Source: a virus (taxonomy: Duplodnaviria; Caudoviricetes). Taken from it: a stretch of DNA of 64,000 bases. Shown in pieces: positions 1 to 9,462 of the stretch. The notes below the pieces were generated by a model. That model was not told where the DNA came from. It saw only the letters and a program-made list of their open reading frames with translations, and searched no databases. How positions within the stretch are numbered: the first letter of the stretch is position 1; every line of letters starts with the position of its first letter. Position numbers and translations under genes: made by a program. The stretch spans positions 1 to 64,000 of IMG/VR virus record IMGVR_UViG_3300047160_010816; one strand, 5' to 3'.

Positions 1-211
1 CTTCCCCCGTCGTGGCCCGCGCTGGGGCGGCGGCTGGTGGGGTCCGTGGAACTTCGGGCGGGGGTTCGTCCGTGGCTTCGAGCGTGGACGGTGGGGCTGG
101 TGAGGGACTTCCTCTCCTGCCTCTACCTGGCCGCGACGGTGGCGGCTATCTCCATAACTTCTGCCGTCCTGACCTTCTTTCTCTTCCGATTGATCTTTGA
201 CTAAGGAGTAA

Positions 212-448
212 ATGATGAAGCGACTGTTCCTGTTCGGTCTGCTGGCCCTGCTGGCGGCCGACGCCTTTTCCAGCGACGCCCAGGCCCTGGGTCGGCGGCG
301 TCGCCGCAACCAGGTCAATGTCCAGGTCATCAACGCTGCCCCACCGGCGGTGATTGCCGTGGCCCGGCCGGTGCCCGTCCCCGTGGCGGTGCCCAGGCCG
401 GTGCCCGTGCCAGTGGCCGTCCCGCTCGCCCCGGTGCCGTCGAGGTGA
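212..448 (+). CDS. Small secreted or membrane Pro/Val-rich protein
   Basis: RBS AAGGAG before ATG; basic N-terminus, hydrophobic stretch and AxA-type cleavage site; Arg cluster and PVPVAV repeats. Confidence 0.65.
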   Translation: MMKRLFLFGLLALLAADAFSSDAQALGRRRRRNQVNVQVINAAPPAVIAVARPVPVPVAVPRPVPVPVAVPLAPVPSR

Positions 449-454
449 TATGCC

Positions 455-874
455 GTGGGCCGCAGGCAGGTCTTCCAGGGAGGGTGGCGGGAGGAGCGGC
501 CCGAGCTGCGCCGCCCGCCACCCCCGCTGGTCTACGGCGACGGCCTGGCCCGCCTCATCACCTTGCTCCCCGAGGTCTCGCCCGGCCCCTGGTACACCGG
601 CTACGACGGCACGACCAACATCCTGTTCCGCTGGGAGCACGGGAAAAAGAAGCAGGGGACCGACATCTTCCGCTGCGTCTCCCCGGACGTGGTGAGCACC
701 AAGGACGCAGAGGCCATCGCCCTGGCGATGAGCCTCCTGCCCGAACTGCTGGCCCGGACCGGGGCCGCCTTGATACTTAGCGACGGGATTCACCTCCCGG
801 AGCCCCACAACCTTACCCCGAGAGGAGACTGCACGTGTCCATCCGACTCGCCGATAACGAACAGGTCACCCTGA
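455..874 (+). CDS. Hypothetical phage protein
   Basis: Tightly packed ORF with GAGG RBS and GC3-biased codons. Confidence 0.55.
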   Translation: MGRRQVFQGGWREERPELRRPPPPLVYGDGLARLITLLPEVSPGPWYTGYDGTTNILFRWEHGKKKQGTDIFRCVSPDVVSTKDAEAIALAMSLLPELLARTGAALILSDGIHLPEPHNLTPRGDCTCPSDSPITNRSP

Positions 875-1344
875 CCCTGACCGATGACAACGGCAACCCA
901 CCAACTGGTGGGACCGGCGACCCTGAGTGGCTCGTCGATAACGACCAGGTCCTGACCCTGGAGCCCGCCGGCCTCGACTGCGTCGTCAAGGCGGTGGGGC
1001 CGCTGACTACCCCCGGCACCTTTGCCACCGTCACGGCCAACATCAAGGACGCCGACGGTAACAACGCCGAGTCCTCCAAGTACCACTTCTCGGTCGTGTC
1101 CTCGGCCAAGAAGTCACTGGCCATGAGGTCCAGTGAGCCCATCCTCCAGAGTGCTGCCGCCAAGGAGGGAAAGGGCGGGAAGGAGGGAAAAGCACAAGCG
1201 GCGGGGTCCAAATCGGCTCCCGCCCACCCCGCCAGCTCCTCCGGCTCGGGCCATTCCCAGACCTCCCACTCCCAGCCCCCTAGCCACACGACCGGCCACA
1301 CCGCCTACCACGAGCCGCCCCATAGCAAGCCGAAGGGTAAGTGA
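835..1344 (+). CDS. Ig-like virion (decoration-type) protein with low-complexity C-terminus
   Basis: Beta-rich VTLTLTDDNGNP...VVKAVG...ATVTA pattern; lies just upstream of head-completion genes. Confidence 0.5.
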   Translation: MSIRLADNEQVTLTLTDDNGNPPTGGTGDPEWLVDNDQVLTLEPAGLDCVVKAVGPLTTPGTFATVTANIKDADGNNAESSKYHFSVVSSAKKSLAMRSSEPILQSAAAKEGKGGKEGKAQAAGSKSAPAHPASSSGSGHSQTSHSQPPSHTTGHTAYHEPPHSKPKGK

Positions 1345-1371
1345 GGGAGCAACAAGGAGGGGAGGTGGCCG

Positions 1372-1794
1372 ATGGCCCGCACGCAAGCACCGCTGGTCCG
1401 CGGAGTCCTCGACAGGGACTACGATCTGGCCAACATGCCGGACCTGTCGCCGTACATCGATACGGCGTCCATGCTCATTGACCAGGTCGCGGTCTGCGCC
1501 TCGAAGAAGGGCATCGTCTACACGGGCAAGCAGCTGGAGCTGCTGGAGCGGTGGGTGTCGGCCTACTGCTACACCCGGATGGACCCGATCTACCAGTCGA
1601 AGAGTACCGAGGGGGCCAGCGGCCAGTTCGTGACGGAGCCCAATCCCGACATCGGCCCGGAGCGGTACAAGGCGATGGCAATTCAGCTGGACTACTCCGG
1701 CTGTCTCAACGCCCTCTTCAACCGCAAGAGTACGCAGAATTACTGGTTAGGGAAACCGCCCTCTCAGCAGATACCGATATGGCAAAGGGACTAG
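1372..1794 (+). CDS. Head-tail adaptor/connector protein
   Basis: 140 aa; DLxPYIxxA, LELLERWxxA and SxSxxGASxxF pattern typical of connectors; synteny. Confidence 0.65.
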   Translation: MARTQAPLVRGVLDRDYDLANMPDLSPYIDTASMLIDQVAVCASKKGIVYTGKQLELLERWVSAYCYTRMDPIYQSKSTEGASGQFVTEPNPDIGPERYKAMAIQLDYSGCLNALFNRKSTQNYWLGKPPSQQIPIWQRD

Positions 1795-1811
1795 GAAGAG
1801 GGAGCAAGACG

Positions 1812-1973
1812 ATGGAGATGAAGATCTGCCCCAACTGTGGCGGCTACGGCCACGTCAAGGGAGAGGACGAAGTCGGCCGGCCGACGAAGGAGCAGTGTGA
1901 GAGCTGCAAGGGCACCGGCCTGGTCAATGACGAGGATGAGGACGGCAAGGCCGAGACCAAGGAAGGGAGCTAG
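1812..1973 (+). CDS. Small DnaJ-type zinc-finger protein
   Basis: CPNCGGYG and CESCKGTG (CxxCxGxG x2); GGAGCAAG RBS. Confidence 0.65.
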   Translation: MEMKICPNCGGYGHVKGEDEVGRPTKEQCESCKGTGLVNDEDEDGKAETKEGS

Positions 1974-1976
1974 TAG

Positions 1977-2369
1977 GTGCCCAGCATCGAGTACGTGGAT
2001 CGCTGGCAGACGGCGGTCCTGTGGCTGAAGGCCGGCACCGACCGTTACGGCGAGCCGATGCTCGGGGCACCCATCGAGCTGGCCCCGCCGGTCCACGGCG
2101 TCCGCTGGCTCGACAAGCGGAGGGACGCACTCGATGCCCAGGGCAACAAGGTCCAGATAGACGGGACGGTGATCGTGGATCGCTTCATACCCGTGGGGAG
2201 CAACATGTGGCTGGGGACCCTCGACCAGTGGTACGCCCTCGGCTCCGGCAATATCCCGAGCCGTCTCTGCTGGGTGGTCTCCTTCGACGGGGCACCCGAC
2301 CTCAAGAACAGGGCGACCCGGCGGACGGTCACGGTCAAGCGCTTTAAGGACGAGAACATAGATGGCTGA
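1977..2369 (+). CDS. Head closure / head-tail joining protein
   Basis: DRYGEP motif, size and position. Confidence 0.6.
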   Translation: MPSIEYVDRWQTAVLWLKAGTDRYGEPMLGAPIELAPPVHGVRWLDKRRDALDAQGNKVQIDGTVIVDRFIPVGSNMWLGTLDQWYALGSGNIPSRLCWVVSFDGAPDLKNRATRRTVTVKRFKDENIDG

Positions 2370-2610
2370 GTACGAACGCAAATACATAGCCCTCCCCAAG
2401 TCTGGTCCGGAGCAACTAGTGGAGGAGCTGAACGCTCCGGACTTACGCGGCTGGCGGCTCGTGTCGGTGGTCAAGGATGATTACGCCTGCCTTGCCTTCT
2501 TCGAGCGTGAGTTACCGGTCATCTACCAGACCCGTTCCCCCTACGGCAGCCCGCCCATCTGGCCGCCGACCTCAGTGGACCGGAGTCTGACGGAGGGGGG
2601 AGGGGGCTGA
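2362..2610 (+). CDS. DUF4177-like small protein
   Basis: EYxxKY...LNxxxxxGWRLVSV pattern. Confidence 0.5.
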   Translation: MAEYERKYIALPKSGPEQLVEELNAPDLRGWRLVSVVKDDYACLAFFERELPVIYQTRSPYGSPPIWPPTSVDRSLTEGGGG

Positions 2611-3005
2611 TGGCCAAGATCCAAAAACTGAGCGGGCTCGTGCAGAAGCTGAACAGGCGGATGCAGAAGGCGGCGGAGAACGAGGCCAGCGTCTCCGTCG
2701 GCTACACGGCCAGGTACGCCATCTTCGTCCACGAGAACATGGAGATGAAGCTGGAGGGCAAGCCGCGCCCCTCGGGCCTCGGCGTTTACTGGGGACCGGC
2801 CGGCTCCTCGAAGTTCCTGGAGGGGCCGGCGCGGGAGTACCGCCCGCAGATGGCCGGCATCGTCAGCAAGTCCCTCCGGTCGAAGCAGCCGATGGGCCAG
2901 GCCCTCCTGACCGCCGGGAAGTTCCTCCAGCGCGTCAGCCAGCAGCGCGTGCCGGTCGAGTACGGTCTGCTCCGCGCCTCGGCCTACACCCGCCTCAACC
3001 AGTGA
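2610..3005 (+). CDS. HK97 gp10-like neck/tail-completion protein
   Basis: VGYTARYAIFVHE, KFLEGPA and PVEYGLLRAS motifs. Confidence 0.7.
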   Translation: MAKIQKLSGLVQKLNRRMQKAAENEASVSVGYTARYAIFVHENMEMKLEGKPRPSGLGVYWGPAGSSKFLEGPAREYRPQMAGIVSKSLRSKQPMGQALLTAGKFLQRVSQQRVPVEYGLLRASAYTRLNQ

Positions 3006-3016
3006 GTAAAGGAGCA

Positions 3017-3790
3017 ATGACCGCAATGCGGCCGAAGTTCATCGCCTGCTGCACGCCGACCCTCGGCTCCACCTCGGTGGAGTGGGCGTCCATCCTCCGT
3101 GCGATGGCCTGGCCCATGAACATCGGCTATACGAACTTCTTCGTCCGCGACGAGGTGGGCCGCGAGATCGCGGAGGCCCGCAACCGCTGCGTCCAGCTGG
3201 CCCTGGAGTACGACAACGAGCGGCACGAGCTGTCGGAGGTCTTCTGGCTCGACGACGACGTGCTGGTCATGAACCGGCTGGCCCTGCTGGTCCTCCGCGG
3301 CCACAACCGGCCGATAGCCAGCGGCGTCTACTTCACCAAGTGCGAGCCGAGCGAGCCCTTACTCTTCCCAGGAAGGGGCTGCGGGACGGCTCCGTTCCCG
3401 GCCGAAGGAGCACACGAGATGTGGGGCCACGGTATGGGGCTGGCCCTGGTCCGCACCGAGGTCTACCGGCGGATGCTGAAGGAGCTGGACCTGGGCGTGG
3501 ATAAGTACGGCCGGCCGGCCTGGTACAGGACCACGGGGTACGAGCACGCGGAGGTGGACGGCGACGTGGTCTGGACCGGCGGCACCGAGGACCTCTACTT
3601 CCTGGAGAACGCCAGCAAACTCGGCTACAAGCCGCTGGTGGACTGCACGCGGGCGGCCTTCGGCTGGCACTACGACCGCGATAAGGATGTGGGCTTCCCG
3701 CTCAAGCAGTGGAAGCAGTGGCGCGGCGGCGAGTCGATCACCTGGGACACGGAGAAAGGAGCAGTCGAGTGGCAACGACCAAAAACCTGA
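3017..3790 (+). CDS. GT-A fold glycosyltransferase-like protein within the structural module
   Basis: IAEARNRCV, WLDDD (DxD), G(H)GMGLALV and TEDLYF motifs. Confidence 0.65.
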   Translation: MTAMRPKFIACCTPTLGSTSVEWASILRAMAWPMNIGYTNFFVRDEVGREIAEARNRCVQLALEYDNERHELSEVFWLDDDVLVMNRLALLVLRGHNRPIASGVYFTKCEPSEPLLFPGRGCGTAPFPAEGAHEMWGHGMGLALVRTEVYRRMLKELDLGVDKYGRPAWYRTTGYEHAEVDGDVVWTGGTEDLYFLENASKLGYKPLVDCTRAAFGWHYDRDKDVGFPLKQWKQWRGGESITWDTEKGAVEWQRPKT

Positions 3791-4308
3791 TCGGCTACTC
3801 CGGCAGCTCCACCATCACCTGCACCCTGCCGTCGCTGGCGGCTGGGTCGGCCCGCGAGTCGGTCATCATTGACAACCGGACCAACCTGTACGCCGACTAC
3901 GAGGTGGCGCTGACCTTCACCATCCTGTCGGGCAGCCCGGGCACGGTCGCGCCGATAGTGAACATCTACGCCAACGGCTCGGTGGACGCGGTCCTGTGGC
4001 CCATCATCCAGCTGTCCTCCGGTGCGGCGCGGGCCATGGGGCAGGGCGACACCTCAGTGGGGGCGCTGGCCAACCCGGCCAACCTCCAGCTGATCGGCTC
4101 CTTCATGCTCCAGACGACGACAAGCAGTGCGGAGCGGACCTTCCGCACCCAGCCCTTCTCCGTCGCCCAGGGCTTCCCCGGCGGGGTGCTGCCGCCGGCC
4201 TTTAGCCTGGTCATCGAGGACCAGACCGGGCTGGCCTTCAGCACGAGCACCGTCACGACGGCGGCGCTCCTGGAAGTCAACGGCGTCTACACCACTTCGG
4301 GGACCTGA
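3769..4308 (+). CDS. Putative virion structural protein
   Basis: GTG start after GGAG; beta-rich, Thr/Ser/Ala-rich; position in tail module. Confidence 0.5.
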   Translation: MATTKNLIGYSGSSTITCTLPSLAAGSARESVIIDNRTNLYADYEVALTFTILSGSPGTVAPIVNIYANGSVDAVLWPIIQLSSGAARAMGQGDTSVGALANPANLQLIGSFMLQTTTSSAERTFRTQPFSVAQGFPGGVLPPAFSLVIEDQTGLAFSTSTVTTAALLEVNGVYTTSGT

Positions 4309-4309
4309 G

Positions 4310-6283
4310 ATGACGATGGCGGCCTGTAAAGGTGGTGAGGTTTTCATGAGTCGGCACCCCGTCAACTTCGGACGGGTGGCCTGGCTTCTGGCCCACCCCT
4401 CGACCGTCAACGGTGGCAGGGTCAGGGACCTGTCCGGGTCCCAGTCCGACGGTGTGTTCCAGGGCGGCTGCGGTCTGGTCGGCAAGCCGCGCCCTGGCGG
4501 CTTCATGCGCTCCTTCGGCGGCTTCTCCCTCTCCAATGGGTTCATCAACTGCGGCCCCTCCCCGCGGCACGCCAACCTGGCCCTGAACCCGGCCATGACC
4601 GTCGCGGCCTGGGTTTACTTCACCGCCACCAATGTCAACAGCTCCGTCGTCGGCCGCGGCATCAGTTCGACGGCCGGCTGGGGCATGTTCCTGAGCTTCT
4701 CCGGCACCTGGAACCTGAACTTCGCCGCGTCCACGACCCAGGTATCCGTCAACGCGGGCTCGACCGGCCAGGCATGGTTCCGGCTGCTGTTCTCGGTCAG
4801 CACCATCAGTTACACCACCGCCCCGCAGGCGTTCCTCTACGTCAACGGCAAGCAGTTCCTGCCGACCCGGACCGCGGGCTCGGGGACCAACTCCAGCGAC
4901 GTGACGGCCAACCTCCAGATCGGCGTGGCACCCATCGGTGGCAACGCCACCAGCGGCTACATCGACGACGTGTCGGTGTGGAACCGTGCCCTGACCCCGC
5001 AGGAGGCGTACATCGACTACATGGAGACGACGGCCGGCTACCCGCGCCTCCTCCAGTACCGCTCGGTGGCCTACGCGCTGGCCCCCGGCCCCTCGACGGG
5101 CATCGCCAATGCGACGACCTTCAACGCCTCCCTGCCCTTCGCCGCCGCCATCCAGGAGATGGACGCGCACCCGTTCAACGTGTCCGCCCCTCTGGCCGGG
5201 ACGCTGACCCGCTCCTCCGCCTTCCTCCGCGGCCTGACGGGCGCATTGCCACTGGCAGGGTCGCTGGCGACCAAGACGTTCCGGGTCATCTCCCTGCCCT
5301 TCACGGCCGGGTTGTCGCTGGCGGGGACGGTGGCCGAGCGGGCGAGCAAGGTGATAGCTGCCCCCCTGACGCTGGCAGGGTCCCTGGTACGGGTCGCGGC
5401 GACCCACTACCTTCAGACCCTGACGGGAGCACTGACACTTGCAGGGGCACGGGCGGCCAAGCTGGTCGGCAAGGTCCTCAACCGGCCGCTGCCCCTGACC
5501 GGGCCGAACGTGCGGAAGGCCGACCGGGTGCCCCTCAACGTCGCCCTGCCGCTGGCCCCGGTCAAGAAGGCTCAGGCCAACAAGCGGTTCACGACCGCCA
5601 ACCTGCCGCTAGGGAGGACCTTCGCGGCCTCCAAGGCAAGGCTGCTGGTCTTCCTGGCCGCCCTGCCGCTGGGCGGTGGGTTGGCCAGCCAGGTGGGTAA
5701 GGGGTTGACGACGGGGCTGGCCCTGACCGGCGACACCATCGAGTTCGTGACCAGCATCCTCCGCCGCGGCAACATCCTGCTGACCACGACCCTTGTGAAC
5801 TCCGCCTCCAAGACCTTCACGGTCTTCCTCGGCCTGGTCGGCTTCCTGGCACCGATCCGCTCCATCGGCCTGGTCTTCGCGGCGGCGCTGGGCCTGGTCG
5901 CCCGGTCGGTGTCCACCGTCTACCAGCTGCTGAACGTGCCCCTCCCGATGCGCTGGGAGTTCATCGTCCAGCGGCGGAACCTGGGGCCGTTCCTCCAGAC
6001 CATCGTGGCCAACCTCAGCCTGAACGGCCAGCTGATGCGGTCGCAGAGCATGGGAGCAATGCAGGGGTTCCTCAGTCTGGCTGGGTCGATGACCAACACC
6101 GTCCTCCAGGGCCTGAACGTGACCCTGCCGCTGACCACCTTTATCGGACAGGCTGTGGCCGTCGTGCTGACTGCTCCTCTGGCCCTGGGCGGGGCCTTCT
6201 TCCTGGGGACGGTGGGGATGATCCTCAAGGTCTGCGGGGCGGCCTATCGGACGGTCGTGCGCGGGCGGGACGACTACAAGTGA
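4310..6283 (+). CDS. LamG/concanavalin-like domain tail or fibre protein with repeated GxLxLAGxL motifs (start 4310 or 4346)
   Basis: MTVAAWVY, LYVNG, LQIG and GYIDDVSVWNRALTPQE are LamG_3 signatures; C-terminal amphipathic repeats. Confidence 0.65.
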   Translation: MTMAACKGGEVFMSRHPVNFGRVAWLLAHPSTVNGGRVRDLSGSQSDGVFQGGCGLVGKPRPGGFMRSFGGFSLSNGFINCGPSPRHANLALNPAMTVAAWVYFTATNVNSSVVGRGISSTAGWGMFLSFSGTWNLNFAASTTQVSVNAGSTGQAWFRLLFSVSTISYTTAPQAFLYVNGKQFLPTRTAGSGTNSSDVTANLQIGVAPIGGNATSGYIDDVSVWNRALTPQEAYIDYMETTAGYPRLLQYRSVAYALAPGPSTGIANATTFNASLPFAAAIQEMDAHPFNVSAPLAGTLTRSSAFLRGLTGALPLAGSLATKTFRVISLPFTAGLSLAGTVAERASKVIAAPLTLAGSLVRVAATHYLQTLTGALTLAGARAAKLVGKVLNRPLPLTGPNVRKADRVPLNVALPLAPVKKAQANKRFTTANLPLGRTFAASKARLLVFLAALPLGGGLASQVGKGLTTGLALTGDTIEFVTSILRRGNILLTTTLVNSASKTFTVFLGLVGFLAPIRSIGLVFAAALGLVARSVSTVYQLLNVPLPMRWEFIVQRRNLGPFLQTIVANLSLNGQLMRSQSMGAMQGFLSLAGSMTNTVLQGLNVTLPLTTFIGQAVAVVLTAPLALGGAFFLGTVGMILKVCGAAYRTVVRGRDDYK

Positions 6284-6305
6284 CAACCGGAACAGAGGAG
6301 AGGCT

Positions 6306-7007
6306 ATGTCTGTCATCCAACGCAAAATGAGCCTGAAGGGCCGGCTGACCCTGAAGAAGGAGACCAGCCTCCGCAAAAGGGCCTGGTACAACTGCAAGGA
6401 CATCTTCCTCTGGAAGGTCCGCCACGCGCTCCAGTACCGCTGGAGGGAGTGGCCGCTGGAGGTCGTGCTCCTCTGGTGCCGGCTCCTCAAGCTGCTCGTG
6501 CCGGGACTGCTGGTCCCCATGCACGGCAGGCTGTACATCCAGGTGACGCGGCCCCACTTCTCCGACGGCAGTGGGCCGGCCGAGCTGTGGGACTACGGCA
6601 TGGTGGGGGTCCACCTCATCACCACGGCCGGCAAGAACGCCGCCACCGGCTACTGGAACGCCAGCACGACCGCGGGGCTGTTCAAGTTCCACGGCTACGG
6701 GATCGGCGTGACGGCGGCGGCCCTGGGCGACATCGCCCTCCAGAGCGAGTTGACTGTCCAGTACGCCACCGACAACACGCGGCCGACGGGCAGTCAGGTC
6801 GTCTCCACCAACGTCTACACGACGGTGGCCAGCCTCGCGCCCGACGTGGCCGGCACCGGCGGCGTGGTCTCCGTGACCGAGTGGGGGCTGTTCTCCCAGG
6901 CGGCCAACAGCGGCGGGACGCTGTTCGACCACCAGGTTTTTAGCGTGATCTCCTTGAACCCGAACGCGGACAGCCTCCAGACGACTTACAACCTGACGGT
7001 GGGTTGA
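6306..7007 (+). CDS. Tail collar/fibre-type structural protein
   Basis: GxGxTAAALGDxALQSEL and VTEWGLF motifs. Confidence 0.55.
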   Translation: MSVIQRKMSLKGRLTLKKETSLRKRAWYNCKDIFLWKVRHALQYRWREWPLEVVLLWCRLLKLLVPGLLVPMHGRLYIQVTRPHFSDGSGPAELWDYGMVGVHLITTAGKNAATGYWNASTTAGLFKFHGYGIGVTAAALGDIALQSELTVQYATDNTRPTGSQVVSTNVYTTVASLAPDVAGTGGVVSVTEWGLFSQAANSGGTLFDHQVFSVISLNPNADSLQTTYNLTVG

Positions 7008-7219
7008 TGTTCATTGGGTCCTACTTCCACCCCGGTTACTTCGGAGCGGCGTATTTCGCCGTCGGAGGCAAGAAGGACCTTGGGTTCGTGGTGCTCGGGT
7101 CGGCCGAACACTGGGTCGTCAAGTCCGACCCGCGGCCGGGGGAGGACTGTAGTGCCGTGGGCGGAGGAGCACCCGCCGGCGGTGTCAGAAAGGTGACGGG
7201 CCATGCCGGTTGTCGGTGA
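7007..7219 (+). CDS. Small hypothetical protein
   Basis: Overlapping stop/start; YF repeats. Confidence 0.35.
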   Translation: MFIGSYFHPGYFGAAYFAVGGKKDLGFVVLGSAEHWVVKSDPRPGEDCSAVGGGAPAGGVRKVTGHAGCR

Positions 7220-7535
7220 CATTGATATCTACCGGGGGGAGGACGTGCCCATCGACATGGACGTGCCCAACTCCACGGTCACGGGCGGCACCTACGTCAT
7301 GACGGTGCGGCCGACGGTGTCCTTCACCACGCCGGACGGCACGCCGGACCCCGACCCTCTGTTCGTGGTCCAGGGTGTCGTCCAGGGGCCGAACGACGTG
7401 ATCTTCGTCCTGACCAGCGATCTGACCGACGGGCTCGCCCCCGGTCCTTACGAGTACGACATGTGGCGGACCGACACCGGTAACAAGACGGAGTACCGGC
7501 GTGGCCGCCTCAATGTTCAGCAGAGAGTGTCGTGA
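7203..7535 (+). CDS. BppU-N-like Ig-fold tail/baseplate protein
   Basis: IYRGED, LTxxxTxxL and YEYDMW...RGRLNV pattern. Confidence 0.55.
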   Translation: MPVVGDIDIYRGEDVPIDMDVPNSTVTGGTYVMTVRPTVSFTTPDGTPDPDPLFVVQGVVQGPNDVIFVLTSDLTDGLAPGPYEYDMWRTDTGNKTEYRRGRLNVQQRVS

Positions 7536-8339
7536 GTGAGCATCGTCCTCCTACACAGCCCGGCCGACATCCTGGGCCAGCTGCTGGTAGACCTCGGCGC
7601 GGCCACCGATCCGGAGGGGAGTCCCCTCGGGGAGTGGCCGTGCTACGTCTCGCGGGAGCCGGACAGCCCCGACGAGGTGATGACCATCTACAACACCTCC
7701 CCGGTCGGCGAGGGCCGGGCGATGGTGGAAGGGGAGGTCCAGCAGCACTACGGCCTGACCGTCCGGGTCCGCGGCCGAACCGACAAGCGGGCCGAGGCGC
7801 GTGCCTACCTGGTCGCCTGGTACCTGGCCGAGGTCGTCAAGCAGAGCCTGGTCGGCCGGGAGGGGACGGTCTACCAGGTCCATGCCGCGGCCCAGATCCA
7901 GGTCGTGACCGCCTATATGGAGCCGACGGTCAGCAAGCGGACCATCTGCAACGTCAACTTCACGGCGGCCATCACCTCCCTGGGGACCACGACCCAGACC
8001 ACCACGGGGAGCACGACCAGTACGACGACGCCCACGACCACGACGCCGGCCCCGACCACGACCAGTACCTCCAGCAGCAGCACGAGCAGCAGCTCCTCGA
8101 CGAGCAGCAGCAGTACCTCCAGCAGCAGCAGTACGAGCAGCAGCAGCAGTACGAGCAGCAGCAGCAGTACGAGCAGCAGCTCCTCCACCAGCACGAGCAG
8201 CAGCAGTTCGACCAGTACCAGTACCTCGACCAGTACCAGTACGACCACCAGTACCAGCACCAGCACGACGACGACCGGGCCGCCCGGGCCGCAGATGACC
8301 ATAACCATCGTGCTGAACTCCACGACCACACCCATGTGA
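7536..8339 (+). CDS. Tail terminator-like protein with long Ser/Thr-rich C-terminal tail
   Basis: N-terminal ~140 aa typical of tail terminators; directly upstream of tail tube gene; ~100-aa poly-S/T extension. Confidence 0.6.
   Translation: MSIVLLHSPADILGQLLVDLGAATDPEGSPLGEWPCYVSREPDSPDEVMTIYNTSPVGEGRAMVEGEVQQHYGLTVRVRGRTDKRAEARAYLVAWYLAEVVKQSLVGREGTVYQVHAAAQIQVVTAYMEPTVSKRTICNVNFTAAITSLGTTTQTTTGSTTSTTTPTTTTPAPTTTSTSSSSTSSSSSTSSSSTSSSSSTSSSSSTSSSSSTSSSSSTSTSSSSSTSTSTSTSTSTTTSTSTSTTTTGPPGPQMTITIVLNSTTTPM
7985..8275 (+). repeat. Coding low-complexity repeat (AGC runs and 18-nt TSSSSS units)
   Basis: Repeated cagcagcagcagtacgag units. Confidence 0.85.
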
Positions 8340-8361
8340 TAACCAACAGAGGAGAGAAACT

Positions 8362-8838
8362 ATGGCAGCCCCTGTGACGACCACCCGTGGGTCACCCGCG
8401 GGTCAGAAGCTGAAGGACGGCTTCAGCACGAAGATCGCCTTCGCCAGTAACCCGACCATCGAGTTCTGGGAAAAGACAGTCCAGCCGGCCGGCATGGACG
8501 GTGGCGAGCCCATCGACCAGACGACCATGCACAACATCGCCTGGCGCTTCACCCGCCCCCGCGCCCTGAAGACGCTGACCGTGCATACCACGAAGGCGGC
8601 CTACGACCCCGACTTCATCCCGGATATTTTCGCCCTTATCAACCGGGAGGACTCGGTCACCGACATCTTCCCGGACGGCAGCACACTGGCCTTCTACGGC
8701 TTCCTCCAGAAGATCGAGTTCGACCAGAACGAGGAAGGCAAGCAGCCCGAGTGCACCGTGACCATCGTGCCCACCAACTACGACTACGTCAACAACGTCG
8801 AGGCGGCCCCGGTGTTCGTCCCGGCCGCCGGCACCTAA
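8362..8838 (+). CDS. Major tail tube protein
   Basis: 158 aa; IDQTTM, FPDGSTLAFYGF and ECTVTI motifs; precedes chaperone and tape measure genes. Confidence 0.7.
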   Translation: MAAPVTTTRGSPAGQKLKDGFSTKIAFASNPTIEFWEKTVQPAGMDGGEPIDQTTMHNIAWRFTRPRALKTLTVHTTKAAYDPDFIPDIFALINREDSVTDIFPDGSTLAFYGFLQKIEFDQNEEGKQPECTVTIVPTNYDYVNNVEAAPVFVPAAGT

Positions 8839-8946
8839 ACCACGCCCCTCCCCCGTTTCTACGACGAGCGAATCGTCAGTCGGAGCGGGCCGGAACAGGT
8901 TCGGGGGGAGGGGCACCTTTAACCTTCGGAGAGCAAGGAGCAAGAA

Positions 8947-9462
8947 ATGTCCGACATGGCAACACTGACGCAGGAGATGGTCTTCGAGGACCTGGAGCCA
9001 ATCCGGGTCCCCGTCCGCATCGCGGGCAAGTCCTACTTCCTCCAGGAGCCCACCGCCGACGCCGTCCTCAAGTTCCGCGGGGCCACCACCCGCGGGGCCA
9101 GGATGATCGACGGCCGGGTCGAGGTCCCCATTGACGGGGTGCGGGAGGCCGAGCCACTGCTCGTCTCCCTCTGCCTCTGCGAGACGGATAAGGAGGGGAA
9201 GGTCCGCCTCGATACCGGCCAGAACCCCGTCACCGTCCCCATCCAGAAGGTCCGCATGTGGCCGCACAAGGTCGTCAGCAAGCTCTTCGACCGCTGCGTC
9301 GAGATGTGCCCCGACCTGGTCCCCCAGGCCACCAAGGAGGCCCTGGAAAAACAGCTCAGGGACGTACAGGAGAAGCTCAAGAAGTTCGGCCCCAACGGGG
9401 ACGCCACGGCGGAGGACCTCGCAAAAAACGAGCACGGGCCTACGACGCCTTCCTCCGCCTAG
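8947..9462 (+). CDS. Tail assembly chaperone (gpG-like)
   Basis: Between tail tube and tape measure genes; slippery site near the 3' end. Confidence 0.75.
   Translation: MSDMATLTQEMVFEDLEPIRVPVRIAGKSYFLQEPTADAVLKFRGATTRGARMIDGRVEVPIDGVREAEPLLVSLCLCETDKEGKVRLDTGQNPVTVPIQKVRMWPHKVVSKLFDRCVEMCPDLVPQATKEALEKQLRDVQEKLKKFGPNGDATAEDLAKNEHGPTTPSSA
9423..9429 (+). other. Programmed -1 ribosomal frameshift heptamer A AAA AAC
   Basis: In phase (gcA AAA AAC); the -1 frame stays open to 9812. Confidence 0.8.
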
